Shown here piece by piece: positions 50,901-64,000 of a stretch of 64,000 bases of DNA. The notes beneath the pieces were generated by a model. That model saw only the letters and a program-made list of their open reading frames with translations, made no database searches and was not told where the DNA came from. A program made the translations under genes and the position numbers. Position 1 is the first letter of the stretch; every line of letters begins with the position of its first letter. Where the stretch lies: the NCBI GenBank assembly GCA_973895155.1, contig OZ316897.1, forward strand, positions 19,719,224-19,783,223, given 5' to 3'. The stretch comes from Marsupella aquatica. Taxonomy: Eukaryota > Plantae > Marchantiophyta.

Positions 50901-51369
50901 TGAAACACGCGGCCCTACATGTGATCAGGTGGCACCTTTGGATTGCCCTAGACTTTCCTGCCTCACCCCCTCTTGAGCCAGTCCTGACAGCTGAACTTGA
51001 GCACTTTCAAGCGCAAGGGCTGCAATGTTAGCGGCGCTTCCTGTCCCAACCTTCAAATGTCATATAAGACAAATGAACAGCATTTACACTTTTTCCCTTT
51101 GTTGTAGGAGAAGTAAAGGTCACTTTTTTGAGGACCTTGCACATGCAAGACAGCCCTTAGACTCAAATAGAGAAGAGGGGGATATTTGTGTTTGCAGAGG
51201 GAAGGGGGTGAAGTGAAAGGACGGGGGATAAGGGATAAAAATGAACAAGGGCGAGAACACTCTGAACAGTGCCTTACGGCTCTACCCATCACCCAACCCT
51301 CACCCTATCATGACTTGAGGGCTTCTCAACCAAGAGTGAATTGGTGGGGGGGGGGGAGCTGGCCATTCA

Positions 51370-51715
51370 TGTTAGATATTGCTCTTAGTCTTGTTGACTC
51401 ATGAGCTAATTACAGTTAGTCTAACTCGGGTTAGGACTTAGCTAATGTTAGCGGTAATACTGTTGTGCATATAGCCAAGGCTTATGCCAGACCCTGGTGG
51501 AACTTAGGCTCATTGTTACGGAGCTAGTTGAGAGACAGGGATAGTTTGTACTGTGGATGTTTGGTATGGCCGGTCGGCCTAGAGTGCAGTAAAGCTCTTA
51601 TGTGTTCCCGTGGACGTAGCCTCATGTGGAGGTGAACCACGTATCTCTCTGTGTCGACTATTGTGCGTTGGATGGTTCATGGGCTTGCCGTTGCGAATGT
51701 CGTCTATGCTCAACA
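51370..51715 (+). mobile_element. Solo LTR (346 bp), Copia-type
   Basis: TGTTAG...TCAACA with 5-bp TSD ATTCA (51365-51369, 51716-51720). U5-like motif GTGGACGTAG...GAACCACGTA. Confidence 0.88.
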
Positions 51716-52566
51716 ATTCATTCCTGATTCTATAACTTTAGAGGGCTCAGGTGATAAACAACTGAGATGACCTCATATATTTTTGGACATTTTAAGGCAA
51801 TTGCATAATTGAGGGCTTGAAAAGCAAGCCGCTGGGTTGCTCATATACTCCTAATTGGAAACTTGAAGGTTGTAATCAAGTACCAAAAGACTCACTCACA
51901 CCTTGCCCAAGATTCTTGGACATTACACGGCGAACCTCTTTGAAGGCAACTGGAATTCTAGGGGTGTCAAATATGATCCCAACACCCAACTACAGTAAGA
52001 CGGGTCAAAGTTGAAAAGCTTGCAGGTCACCCTAACTATCCCAAAAGAATTTTCCATAGGATTTTACTCCAGCCTGCAAAAGGTTTCTGGGCAGCCTAAC
52101 CCAGTGGTGGTTGTGTTGGAGTTGACAAAAAAAATAAGATACATAGTAGTTTTGGGTGTGCTAAACCTGATCTTTCACCCACATGTCTGAGCTAAGGTCC
52201 CAATCAAAGTCAAGACAAGCAACTGGCAACTGTACAGGAAAAAGGTTACCTATCAAGAGTTTCTGGACAAAAGATTATGAAAATAGCAAGTACCTCCATA
52301 AATGGTTACACAACCCATATTCCACACCCTAGTTGCTACACTTTGGAGTCTTCAGTTGCCAAGTGTTATTGAGGTACCTTTGACATCCCCTCTATGTCTT
52401 AGAATCAGTTTTTTTGCCCTGACATCACAACTTGGCTGCATTCAGGTGGTCCTTGGCAATCATTGGAACTCATCATTTCTGTAAAGAATGCAAGTTACCA
52501 GTGTATAATTTTCTAGGTACTTGCTATTCTCATAATCTCTTGCCCAAAAATATAGTTTTCCCTACA

Positions 52567-52625
52567 CTAATTCAGTAGTATAACGGAGGTATGGGCTAAT
52601 TCAGTAGTATAATGGAGGTATGGGC
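52567..52625. repeat. 29-bp tandem duplication
   Basis: CTAATTCAGTAGTATAAYGGAGGTATGGG occurs twice. Confidence 0.9.
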
Positions 52626-52784
52626 AAGGGTTCTAGGCTGAACCCTACTCCAAGGCAGCAGAAAAGCTTCAAGTTTGTTTTCCTCACTCTCTGGTCACAG
52701 GCTACTAACCCAGACCAGACGGCCATTATCCTATACGTTTAGTCTACCTTACAAATTTGGACTTCTCCAAATCCTTTGGCTGGA

Positions 52785-52832
52785 GAGTCTCGTCCACAAT
52801 CCATTCTTGAGTCTCGTCCACAATCCATTCTT
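52785..52832. repeat. 24-bp tandem duplication upstream of PRORP
   Basis: GAGTCTCGTCCACAATCCATTCTT occurs twice. Confidence 0.9.
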
Positions 52833-53108
52833 AACGTGCTTCCATCGACCAATTCATTCAACTCTATCTCAAAGGCTTCTATTGTAAGACTGTACCCAAA
52901 CTCCTCGTCCAAAGGGGTGGTGGTGTCGGAAGCTCTCAGCATCACGAAATTCATGGTGTCTCTTTGTGCAGAAGCTGAGCCTCCTCCAAGATCGGCTTGA
53001 GCGGCAGGCCTTCCCGATGCCGGAACTATGGCCGTTTCAATGCGTCTCGTTGTGGAGACGTTCAGCTGATTCCAGGATTATTGGTAGCTGGAGCAAAGAG
53101 TGTTCCCG

Positions 53109-56100
53109 ATGCCAGACCCCTGGGCGAAGTCCTGCCTAAGTTTGTCCGCGTCGTCGTTGTTTCTCCACTCCAGGAGAAAGCACCTCTGCTCGGGAGGGTT
53201 TATTAGGCTCGATCGCATTGGCAGCAACGAGACATTGAAAGCTCACCGTTCCTGTACCACCATCTCGGGGTTTAGGGTTTACTCCTCCGGGCCATCACCG
53301 GGCCCTGCGAAGATTTTAGCGAGGACACTCTGTTCTGCTCCTGCTGCTGATCATTTGGGGAGCAGATTGGCCCGCCATTACGATTTTTCTTTGAGCAGAG
53401 CTCCATTCCGCATCAGCTGGATCGCACTTCCGAGACCTTCCCTGTTGAGAGTCCGCACCCCCGTAAGGAGCTTGAAGACGGATGGTGGCCCTGAAGGTGA
53501 GCTTGAGCTGGAGAACTCGTTTCGCAGTAGACAACTCGCATCGGGTAAGAGGAGTGCGAGGACTGTTAATAAGGCTTCCAGTAGCAGCAGGAAAGTTCAG
53601 CAGCGTGCTGTGCAAGAGGACGAATCGTCGTCCTCTGCCGAAGGACAGTCGAAGAGGGTTGGTGTTAAACCTAAGACTAAGGTTTCTGGAGGGAAAGGTG
53701 AGCTGTCGGGAAATGAACCATTTGATGGACGCGGACCTACCTTTCGTGGCGTAAACAATGCCTCGAAGCAATTCGGTAGTAAAGTTGTTGTCGTCGGGAG
53801 TGACATTCCCAAATCCAATACCCCGAAGGCTAGCGGTAAGCCTTCCAGAGCACCAAATTCCTTGAAGAGGAGTAGAATCAGTGGGGTAGCGTCTGCTTCA
53901 GTGCCAATCGTCACAGATCTGCCCGGGGACCTCAAAGCTACACCAAAAGTTCTCACCGCCGCCTCATCAACCATGAGTTCGAATCAAAATTCGAACCGAC
54001 GAAAGCAGGATGGCGATGAATGGAAACCGAGGCAGCAACCGGAGAAGAAACCAAAAAAGAAAGACTTTCCAGCTGAAGCACAACTCCGGAGAGACCTTAA
54101 CAATTGTTCCAAGGATGGGGATGTCCTCCGGGCCTTGGATATCTACGACCAATCAGTCTCTGAAGGAGTGGTGAAATGGAACCAGTACAACTTTAATATT
54201 CTTTTATATCTTTGCTCGTCTGCCGCGTTAGGAACTTTGACTGCTCGGAAAAGTGGCACTGATAGGGCTATTGCGGAGCGTTTAAACCTCAAATCCTCAG
54301 AGCCAAGCTTGGATGGAACTTTACCTTTGGAATCTGCAAACGGTGTTGAACAACAGGATAGGGGCAGCAATGGAGAGGCGACGAGTGGAGAGGGTTCTAC
54401 CACCTCTCCCATTAACTTAAGCCCAGAAGTAATGGAGTTGGCTGCCCAGAGAGGATTTGAGATTTTCGAGGACATGAAGAGAAAGGAAGTGCCTCCAAAT
54501 GAAGCAACGCTGACGGCAGTGGCGAGGTTGGCTGTAAAGAGGGAAGATGGAGACCTGGCATTCCAGATGGTCAAGGAGATGGCTGCCCAAAATATTGCTC
54601 CTAAGTTGAGGTCCTACAGTCCAGCCCTCGTCACATTCTGTAAAAGTAAGGGAGTGGAGAAAGCTTTCGAGGTAGATGCCCATATGGTGGCCGCCGGTGT
54701 ACAACCCGAAGAGCCAGAGTTAGGAGCGCTTCTACAACTGTGTGTAGAGGAACGGTTGGACAAGGAAGTGTATTCACTACTGCATAGATTAAGAGTGCGA
54801 GTAAGGGCACTCTCTCCAAGCACTATATCTTCAATAGAAGAATGGTTTTCAGGACAGTCAGGGGCTGCAGCTGGAGAGGCGGAAACGCAACCCGATATTT
54901 CTGCTCTTCATCAAGCTATGGTAGCTGGTGGAGGGGGATGGCATGGATTGGGTTGGCTCGGTACAGGGAAGTGGAAGTTGGAGTGGACTACAATTGACAG
55001 CGAGGGATTTTGTCGCTCGTGCAAAAACAAATTAGTTACCATCGACCTGGATCCTACAGAAACGGATGATTTTGCGAAGTGTGTAGCAGAGATTGCCTTT
55101 GCCAGGGAGACGAAATCAAATGACTTTAAAAGGTTTCAGGTAAGCAGAGGTTTTACTAACAGAACAATCTGATTTGTCTTTCTGGCTTTTCGTAGAGTGA
55201 TGGCCATCAACTACAGTTGTTTTGTCTCGAATTTTCTTGAGTTTTTTTTACTCCGCACATAATGATTATCAGGTCGGCAGACTCTCCTCTGTAAGTCCCG
55301 TGACATGTCAGAAATGTTGTTGCTCTTTTGTATTCTGTCTCATCGAAGCTGTCTCCGTGGATCGTATGGCTATTTGTAGGAGTGGCTGGAACGGAATGGA
55401 CCATTTGATGCAATTATTGACGGCGCAAATGTTGGGCTATACAATCAAAATTTTCAACAGGGTGGCTTTAATTTTTTTCAGGTTATCTTTCTACTTAGAA
55501 AACTGAATTCTCTGGCTGAGAAAATACTCTCCACCTTCGTTCCTAGCCACCGCTATCTCCTTGGTAGCGTTATGTAGTATCGGTATTAGAATATAGATCG
55601 CTTCATGCCGGTACCATACGTACTGAATGCGGTGAACATCACTTACTCAGAGGCTTGCCCGTTGTATGCAGTTGAATTCAGTAGCACAGGCAGCACTGGA
55701 CCGAGGCCTAGTTAAAAAGGCTCCTCTAATTATCCTCCATCACGCAAGAACCAAATTTGGAGCTGCCAATTCTCCTTTGGGCCAGCAACTTCTTAAAAAA
55801 TGGAGCTCTTCCAATACATTGTATACAACCCCCAATGGATCTAATGATGACTGGTGAGTATCTGTCCTTGAAGCTACATATCTTCGTCTTTTCGTGTCTT
55901 TTTGGCTGTCCCATGTTTGGATGTCTTGATGTAAGAGAAATCCCACAAGTCTGCAAATAAGTTGAGCTGTGAATTCAACTGCTGCATAAGTTGAAATAAT
56001 TCGAAGCGTTACATGATTTGTGGCTTGTCCACAATGTTGAAATTTTTTAGGGTTTCTGACGTCAAGCCTTGTGTAAAGCTCCTTTGCTCTCAGTGGATAA

Positions 56101-57128
56101 TTCTTTGTTCCTAATTATCAATGTTCGTGCAGGTATTGGATGTATGCTGCTGTCAGGAATAGGTGTTTGTTGATAACAAACGATGAAATGCGTGATCACC
56201 TCTTCCAGCTTCTAGGCAGTGATTTCTTCCCTAAATGGAAGGAGCGCCATCAGGTACTTTTATCATTCATCGTTTAGGGAGGCAAATCACATATTGGAGA
56301 GTGGAATGCTGCTGTGCCATTGTAATGGTTGTACTACGGTGGTTAAGTTCATACAAATTTGAAAAAAATAAGTTTGGGAGAGTGGTAACATTAACTGTTG
56401 CCAGATTGGAGGTCTCACCTTATGTATGTTCCCTTGGGTCTTTGAGAATACAAGGAGGTAAAGTTTTTACTCGTGCCAGATTGAAGTGAGTCACCTTCCA
56501 GCGTCTGATCTGACACAATTCTCAAAACGAAGCTTAGTTATATGCTGACAAACTTGCTTTTTATTTTGGTCTAAATCTAGGTGCGGTTTACTGCAACTAC
56601 ACGAGGCCCACAATTCCATCTACCACCACCTTACTCGTTAGTAATCCAGGTACTTCTGTGGAATGACCTGTGAAGAGTTTTATGTACATGAAGGTCTATC
56701 TGAAGCATTTTTGGCATTGTAGGACTCGTGATCTGAGGACCTGGAATTAATGTTTCGAGCTCTGTTGCATATTCCAGGAATCTGAGAACGGTTCATGGCA
56801 CATTCCCAAAGATCGTGGAAGTGATGTTGATGCTCCTCATGAATGGATTTGTGTCACGAGGCCCAGCTTATCAGTTGGGCCTGCTGCCTTGCCAGTCTCT
56901 GAGCTAACGACACCTGGGGAGACTGTAGCAAGACCAACACAAACACCACATGATACAACCGGCGACAAGGATCAGACAGGCATCTCTCCCACTCTTGACT
57001 CACAAGAGTCGGATGGTGTCAGTGCAGCACCTAAGAGATTGCGAGCACACTCTCCTTCAACCACGCTTAAGAAGATACGGGCCGCGGATAAAAAGAGCAC
57101 CAGCGGCCCAGTGCTTTTTGACATATAG
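53109..57128 (+). CDS. PRORP: Protein-only RNase P (PPR + NYN metallonuclease); exons 53109-55139, 55380-55481, 55672-55853, 56133-56253, 56581-56649, 56778-57128
   Basis: PPR-like YNFNILLYLCS, PNEATLTAVARLA and PKLRSYSPAL. Also GGGWHGLGWLG, CRSC, DGANVG, GSNDDW|YWMYAA, TNDEMRDH and PPPYSLVIQ|ESENGSWHIP. Confidence 0.95.
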
Positions 57129-59599
57129 ATTATATTTAAATAAACTGCAACCAGAGAAATCACAACTGTTTTCCGTGATGGTTAGTGCTACACCATCGTG
57201 CCAAATGGCGTTTAAAATTTGCACCTCAAATTGAAGAGTGTGCTTTACAATTTTGCCTCCGAAGAATCTCATAGCTTGTTAAACAATCACTTTTGGAAAG
57301 TGATTGTATTTATCACTATACCTGAAATTCCATTATTTAAGGGTCCTTGGCTCATGATGAGTCTCAGCCTGTCTTAATGTCTCAGTCTTCCAAAAAAACA
57401 TTCGTGGATGAGTTCTTGTTGGTGCCATCGTTGGCTGAGGTACTGTTTCGATAGTACTGATCTTTCATATGGCTTAGTCGCCTTCGTCTTGTAGTTTCAA
57501 ATACTGCAAACTTTCAATTTGCTTAGAACCGATTTCGTAAATGACTTATATTAAGCATACACGATTTGTTTCCGAGTGAAAGGACACGGATTGCCACTTT
57601 GATTAAAAACATACGCTGGGAAATGACTAAACATTTAGGCTGGGGTGGTAGAAGCATCCGAAGCTTTGATAGCTCATAACTTCCATTGGGGCTCTCCGAG
57701 ATGCACCCACGGCAGGTACTAGAAGACAGGTCGTGGACGTGGGATAGATTCAACATCCGCGGCGAGCTTGCAAGCAAGGGAGACAATATCTGAGCCTAGG
57801 TTTTGCCAAGTCTGGTATGCAAGATTACTAAACCTGAAGTGATGGTCTCGAAAGGGCGTTTGCTGTCAAGGAGTTTTGTCAGTTAATTGGGGCGGATTGA
57901 AAATTCCCAATCTTTCATTACTGTCATGGATTGCGGGCTTATCTAGTGTGTGCAATGAAACGTTAGTAGCTCACCTTTAAATGCTTACAGTTTCTTGGAA
58001 CTCGGTCAATTAAACAATCGAAAACAACCTACAGAAAACCGGATGTTTGTTACACCCAACCCTTCATGCCTACCGAAGCTCTCGGAGGTAGGAATATGGT
58101 GGGAACCAAAATCGGTGTTGCATGGCTAGAGCGACGTGTGTTAGCAATAGGTGGAGGCCTTGCATGGAGGCCGAGGAGATGGGTAGTGCGACAGTATGTG
58201 GTCCCGCATACAAATTCGGATTTGAAACTGTTAGCTTGGACCCACAAGACGCACTGTTAGCTTTGGCCACTTTCGGTTCGAATCCCAGTTGTCAATTTTC
58301 TGAGAGAAGGATTTCTTCTGACCACCCTATTATTACTCCTGAAGAAAGATATTTTGACCGGAACATGCTATCGTCCGGCATGGTTTTGATAAGAGAAGAG
58401 GATAAATTACCTTGATATCTGTTCCTTACCCAGTACATGGACACCATCTTCCAAACCCTCATCGACTGGGTGAGTCAAGGAGTCAGCATGCAAAAGTTCA
58501 TGCCGGGAAACCGATTGTCTTTCCCACCTGATCCCAACAGAGGATAGGGTCCAGAAGCAGCAGCCATGAGTTTGTTTCTCGGGTTGTAGCACATGAAACC
58601 AAGCATTGCTGTGTAGCCAACATATGACCCTTGACGGACGGAGAAGCCCGACAGGCTGGTGACAAGGTCGCTTCTACAAGATTGCTTTTCCAGTTCCAGA
58701 ACGGAGAATGCTAGAAGGTTGAAACCCTAAACCCTCATCAACCAGTTACTCTCTCGATGTTGGCAGTAAGAACAACACCCCTCTACTCGGAAAGTAAGCT
58801 TCGGCCTCGCGGTTTCCACATAAGAACACGAGGATCATCATCACTAGACCAGGAACTGACAATTTGCCGCAGATCATGCTTCGCGGTAGTGATGGAATCA
58901 TCGATGTAAGCAATGCCTACACTCGGGAAGCAAACCTTAATATTAACCTTGGAAAATTTGCTAACTGCTTACACAGGTCACAACCGATGGAACGAAGCAT
59001 ACGATAACTAAGTACCGACCCGCACTAAAGGAAATGGTTTGTGAAAGCGGCGAATTTGTATCCTCAGCTTCACTGGGTTAGTGTGGCGTTCGCAAACGAA
59101 GATTGCGAAATGATGGAACGAATTTTAGGCTGCACGATCTAGCTCGGTGCCCTGTCCAATTCTCCACTAGTCATCGCAGACATGTACTTGACAAAAAATA
59201 TCGACTCAAATCTTTCAAGGTAAAAAAAAGAATGAACAATCGCACCGTCGCCAAAAACCGACCCTCGAGGTTCAAGGAGCGATCCCAATGAAAATCCCGC
59301 ACGTGGTAGCGACAGCGACACTACTTATCACTGGCGATTCGGAGTGACAACCATGCCTAAAAGCATCACTCTCAAGAACGAGCCCCACTCCCCCCGGTGA
59401 GTTGCAAGCAAACCATCTCCTAAACGGAGTCGTTAAAACTGTTCGCCACGACAACTATTCTGTAGTTCTTCGACGGACGAGACGGCGAGAGATACTCCTT
59501 CGAGACCCATTGTAGCAACGTGGGACATTTTTCTTTTGTTTGGGAGCGGGGGGGCTCTCACTAAAAACTACGATACGAAAAAGGAAAACCAGTGACGTT

Positions 59600-60680
59600 C
59601 GGCTACACAGACTTTTTTTAGACCGTTTTGTGGAACAATCACATGCGAGAAAGGTCTTCCCTGTCCTTCAGAATGGCAGCACTTTATCGTTGCTCAGTAA
59701 TAAAACAACTACAATTGCTGACGAGGGCATGGTGTGGAAGAATCGGTGGGGCGCAGGAAGGTTTTCGCACAACAGATGCGGCCGGACATCCGCTTGTCTT
59801 TATGGGCGAATATCAAAGGACCTGTAGCAGTGGAGCTTCCCGTAGTGCCAGACGACGCAAAGGAGTCTGACATAGCCGCCAACTTCTTCAACCATGACAA
59901 GGGTACCTACCCCAACTAACTACCAAATCTGTCCTGGACAACACTGTAAAAGGATGCTTTGAGCCATCTGTCTGCGAAAAGAGCGGACTCTTTATTATTA
60001 TTACAGTCCTCCATACTCCAGAGATTGTTCGTACCAACGTTACTTTCCGGAGTTGCATGCGCTGTTGCTGCAGAGGCGCAGAGCTTGGCTGTTCTGAGTG
60101 TCTTCCCACGATGTTTCGCCAAAGCAAGACGAAACTATTGGTGGGAGTCCATGAGGATTCTGTCGGCAGGGAACTATATTAATTTGGGCTGGATATAAGA
60201 TTGTGTGCCAAGATCTGGACAATGCAGGCCAGCAAGACTGCTACAGGCCTACAGCCCATCATTGAGGAGGCGTGGATGGTGGATGGGATGGACGTCCTAA
60301 AGCAATCCATCCCACTTGGTGTTTTTCTGGTTGCCTTAATAAATCTCGTTGCATGAATACGATCCAATTGAGACAGATTCCATCCACTTGTTCTCCAATC
60401 TACTGTCAATTTGAGCCACTCCACTGTGGTGCAGACAATGCTTTGCATTCGTGAGAATATGGTGGAGATGGAGGATTCATTATGGTTCTAAATCTCAAGT
60501 CAGGAATTACGTCAACCACTGGCTGGCAGTGCCCTCAGTCTCGAGGATCGCCGATTTGCTGCCAACAATGTCTTTGTGCCGTGAACTTTAATATAGATTT
60601 AACTCGTAGTGTTCACGAACGATGTGATGGAGGTTACTGTACGCCAAAACGCCATTCCGAGACGGGTTCCGGGAGATAAT
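59600..60680 (+). pseudogene. Possible highly decayed F-box protein gene
   Basis: Fragments in shifting frames: SVIKQLQLLTRAWCGRI (F-box-like), DSLLLL..RLFVPTLLS, GYKIVC and FIMVLNLKSG. Many stops. Confidence 0.3.
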
Positions 60681-61648
60681 TCAATAAGTGGAGGACTCGG
60701 TCAAATCCTAGTGTTTTCCGGACGCATCAATTAAGTATATCTACAGGAGACAACTCCTACTAAACCTACTTTGGCACGGTGAACGCGTGTTCATTCATTA
60801 CTCGTGAGGGACGCAAGTCTAGCGCAAGGGCACCTACCATGGCGCTTCACTACTTTGCTTGGTGATTCACTGTGAGAGTGTGAGATCTTCTAAGCGTGTC
60901 GTTAATTAAGGAAACAGTAGAAATAGTCATGACACCTATTACGGAATCCAAGGTCATTCAACCGTTTGCTGTCGGCGGAGCTCCAGAACTTTCCCGTCTA
61001 TGACAGACGGAAACCAAGCGGTTGTAAGAGTTCCACAAAAAGGAACCCATCTGCTTGCCGAGCTCATGAAGATTGCTTTCTGATGCTATTAATAGATTTG
61101 ACCGATGGACGGTAACATTATTTTGGCCATCACCAATCGTCGGATCCATCACTGGATTCACAGCGAGAGCACAGCACCGCAAAAAGCTGCTACTTTATCA
61201 TTCTGTCAAACGTTCGATAAATGCACGTGGATCTGTTCCTGACACGAGAAATAGTGAGCTGCGACCCTTATCGAGAGGCGACGTCGGTCATCAGATGCGC
61301 AATGGGCTAGTTGCAATTGAAGAAGCCGATAAGCTGATTACTTCTCTGCGGCACTATCATCTACTCCGGTACAGAAGCACTGTTCTAACGTACTCTGGCG
61401 CAGGTTATGTCACATGGAGTTCGTTTCAACTGGGAACTTGATTCTCTATTATTTAGTTCGCCGAGAAATGTGGTCACATAATCAGGCCGTCAGCAAAGAG
61501 CTCTAAATTTCTCGTTGGTCGACACTGAGAGCAATCTTGCATGTAGCCGGGCTTAAATATTAGGCCCTTAAAAATTCTCTCAATTTCAGGGATACAATCT
61601 TGAGTGCAGCACCACAGAATGGTCTCGTTTTCAAAGGTATAGACTGCC

Positions 61649-62140
61649 GATTCGTACTCGCTGCTGCAGGTTTCACATTAGCTGCTGCTCGGCTACCATA
61701 GCTCACAGCTGCCATTGCTCGAGCTACTGGTTCTGTGATCGCACCTGCTTGTGAACTCGTTTGATCTCGCTACTGCTTCTTGTTGCTGGTGTGCTCTTGC
61801 TGCTCCTCCTTGTCGCTGGTTTGCTCTTCTTCCAATAGGTTTGGCCAAGCTTATTTACTTTTTATGCATCACCAAAAGTAAATATAGTGTTTGTTTATTG
61901 GATTGAGAATAATATTTTTAAATTTATCTAAAATAACTTTCATATATTTTTAATCCAATTTTGAGTATTATAAAAAACAATATGATTATAAAAATAATAT
62001 TTGTCAATATTTCTATAATATTCCAAAATGAAAAGGGTAGAACAATAGTTTTGAACAGTTTTACTTTTTTATTTTTTAGTGCATTTAATAGCTGAAAATG
62101 TCAAACTTGATATGAGACCCTATTTAGAGGGAGGGCCCCC
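61649..62140 (-). repeat. Dispersed AT-rich repeat, copy B (inverted relative to 26516-26973)
   Basis: Direct sequence match to copy A. Confidence 0.85.
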
Positions 62141-62926
62141 AAGAGTGTCATGAGAAGAAAACTATTTCATGTTTACATGCACTCACTTGGCCTACATGGT
62201 AGGTTTCCTGAAGCACTCGAAACTTGTGTGAAAGAAACTTGGCAAGCCATGATAACTTGGCATCACCAAATAATTAATAAGCCTTTAAAAGGGCCAGACC
62301 GTTTGGGGACATTAAGCGTAGTTTTCTCATCAATCAATAAGGTGTCATGATTTTCTCCTTATAGCAGGCCGGTTTAATAATGGAACAAATTCCATTAAAC
62401 TTGCAAAACAGAAATATTTTAAGAGTTTGAGTATGATGTTTTAGCTCTTCTTTTGGACATCAATTTATTTTAAGAGTTAGAGTATGATGTCCCAAAGTTA
62501 ACAGGAACACAAACTAACATATTCTATAATGCAAGCTAACAGGAATTTTGATAGGAGGAGAGTGTTCTTGGCAAATCACTCTGGTTTTTAAAAGAAAAAG
62601 AAAAATTGGTGCTTTTAATATTTTCTGTGTATTTTTAGGACTCCAGATGGCCAGGGAGTTTGCTAGCCAAATGAAGAGCCAAAAAAATGCATGTTACCAA
62701 CCAAGATTTGGCCAGCTAGTGAATAACTTTGCCACTGAAATGGGTTTTGTTATTACTCATAACAGTAAAAATCTTACTGTTTGCTTGCATCTACGATTAC
62801 CCTATCAACCACTTGGTCCCTTAATCCTGTTCATGAAAGAAATTTTGTTTCAGTCGCAGGCCCTTTGTACACTCTCACCTTCTTACAAATCCATTTTTAG
62901 AAGACTTCAAGCACTCACACCTACTA

Positions 62927-64000
62927 CCATCTTCCCCTGAACACAACGCCCTGGCACTATATTCAAATAGTGGGCCGGGGGGGCGCTATATTCGAATATA
63001 GCGCCCTGGGCATTGTGTTCAGATTTTGTCACAAGGTTTTGGATTTTTTCACTTGTGGCCTTGTGTTCAAAAATGGCGTCGTGTTTGAGTTTGACGTTGT
63101 GTTTGAGTTTAGGCGTTATGTATAAGGCTAGGAGATTGATTTATGGTGTAAGCACAAATAAAAGTTATATACAGAACTGATGTCTTAAAGAAAGTGTTTG
63201 GGAATGTATAGATAATTCAAACACTGAAATTACACAAGCCAGGAAGAGAGCCAAGAGGATCTTTATCCTATTACCAAAAGGAAAGCCTGTCACAAATTTG
63301 ATGAACTTATTTGTAGGAGATAAGTCATAATAGGAGTTTAGAGATTCATTATTGATCTGATTTTTAACTGTGTGCATGTGCACACTCACGTAAGAAGTTT
63401 CACAAGGAGATAAAGTTATCCTCGGGGGGGGGGGGTCACTTCCATGGAAGTGGCATATCATGTGCGACAAAGTATAGGGTCATTTAAATGGTTTTGGTGG
63501 AAGACTTATTAAGTCTTCTATGGAAATATAGGGTTGTTTAATTACAAAATGCATACGTGTCATCACATGATTGGTGCCGTACAACTTTCTAGAAAGTGAC
63601 TTAGGGGGGTCATAAATGACCCAAACCGTCGCACGTGATGTATGACCCTTCATATAGTGACCCCCCCCCCCCCCGAGAAGTTATCGAGTGCCCTTTCAGC
63701 CGAGTATGCATGTCTGAGCTTTTGCTCCAGAAATTTTTGCAACAATCTACAAATGCTGCAAACTTTTTTTGTTCAGTTTTTCTTCACACACAAAATATGA
63801 TTGCTCTCAAGCACAGGGTGCAATTTTGAACACAACGCCAACTATTCAAATTCAGCGCCAACTATTCAAACACAGTGCCAACTTCAAATCTCTCAAACAC
63901 GGGGTGCAATTTTGAACACAATGCCAACTGTTTGAACACAGTGCCAACTTTGAACACAATGCCCGGGCGTTGTGTTAATACGACGTTGTGTTTGAAGAAA
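62927..64000. mobile_element. Non-autonomous TIR element with TGAACACAACGCC subterminal repeats (Tc1/mariner-pogo-like; right end beyond window)
   Basis: TA|CCATCTTCCCCTGAACACAACGCCC at the left end; the inverted equivalent GACGTTGTGTTTGAAGAAA at the window end. Motif arrays at 62938-63120 and 63825-64000. Superfamily is inference. Confidence 0.6.
63421..63677. mobile_element. Second copy (257 bp) of the CTCG(G)nTCACT MITE
   Basis: TSD AAGTTATC (63413-63420, 63678-63685). Same TIRs and related interior as 22551-22877. Confidence 0.92.

Noticed and set aside
58062-58095. Short stem CCTACCGA...TCGGAGGTAGG as a miRNA precursor
   Set aside because: The stem is too short for a plant pre-miRNA.

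Overview
Eukaryotic land-plant nuclear DNA. It has GT-AG introns, a PRORP gene and a GT77 gene; the gene and TE style suggests a bryophyte/liverwort, but that is inference. The left ~27 kb is a nested transposon stack. An L1-clade LINE (<1-~12509) has an ORF2 split by two TG...CA insertions with perfect 5-bp TSDs: a 1770-bp non-coding solo LTR, and a 3836-bp LTR-like unit that carries an intact 814-codon ORF. Next come tandem repeats, an orphan pseudogene, and a decayed intron-containing CACTA/EnSpm transposase with an 8-bp-TSD MITE inserted. A ~1.1-kb near-perfect foldback lies directly upstream of a secreted S-protein-homologue (SPH) gene. The right half is genic: a frameshifted GT77 glycosyltransferase, an orphan two-exon gene, a DUF836 glutaredoxin-like gene, TRM11 and PRORP. 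These are interspersed with Copia-type LTR remnants and MITEs. All family assignments come from motif recognition by eye; no database searches were run.
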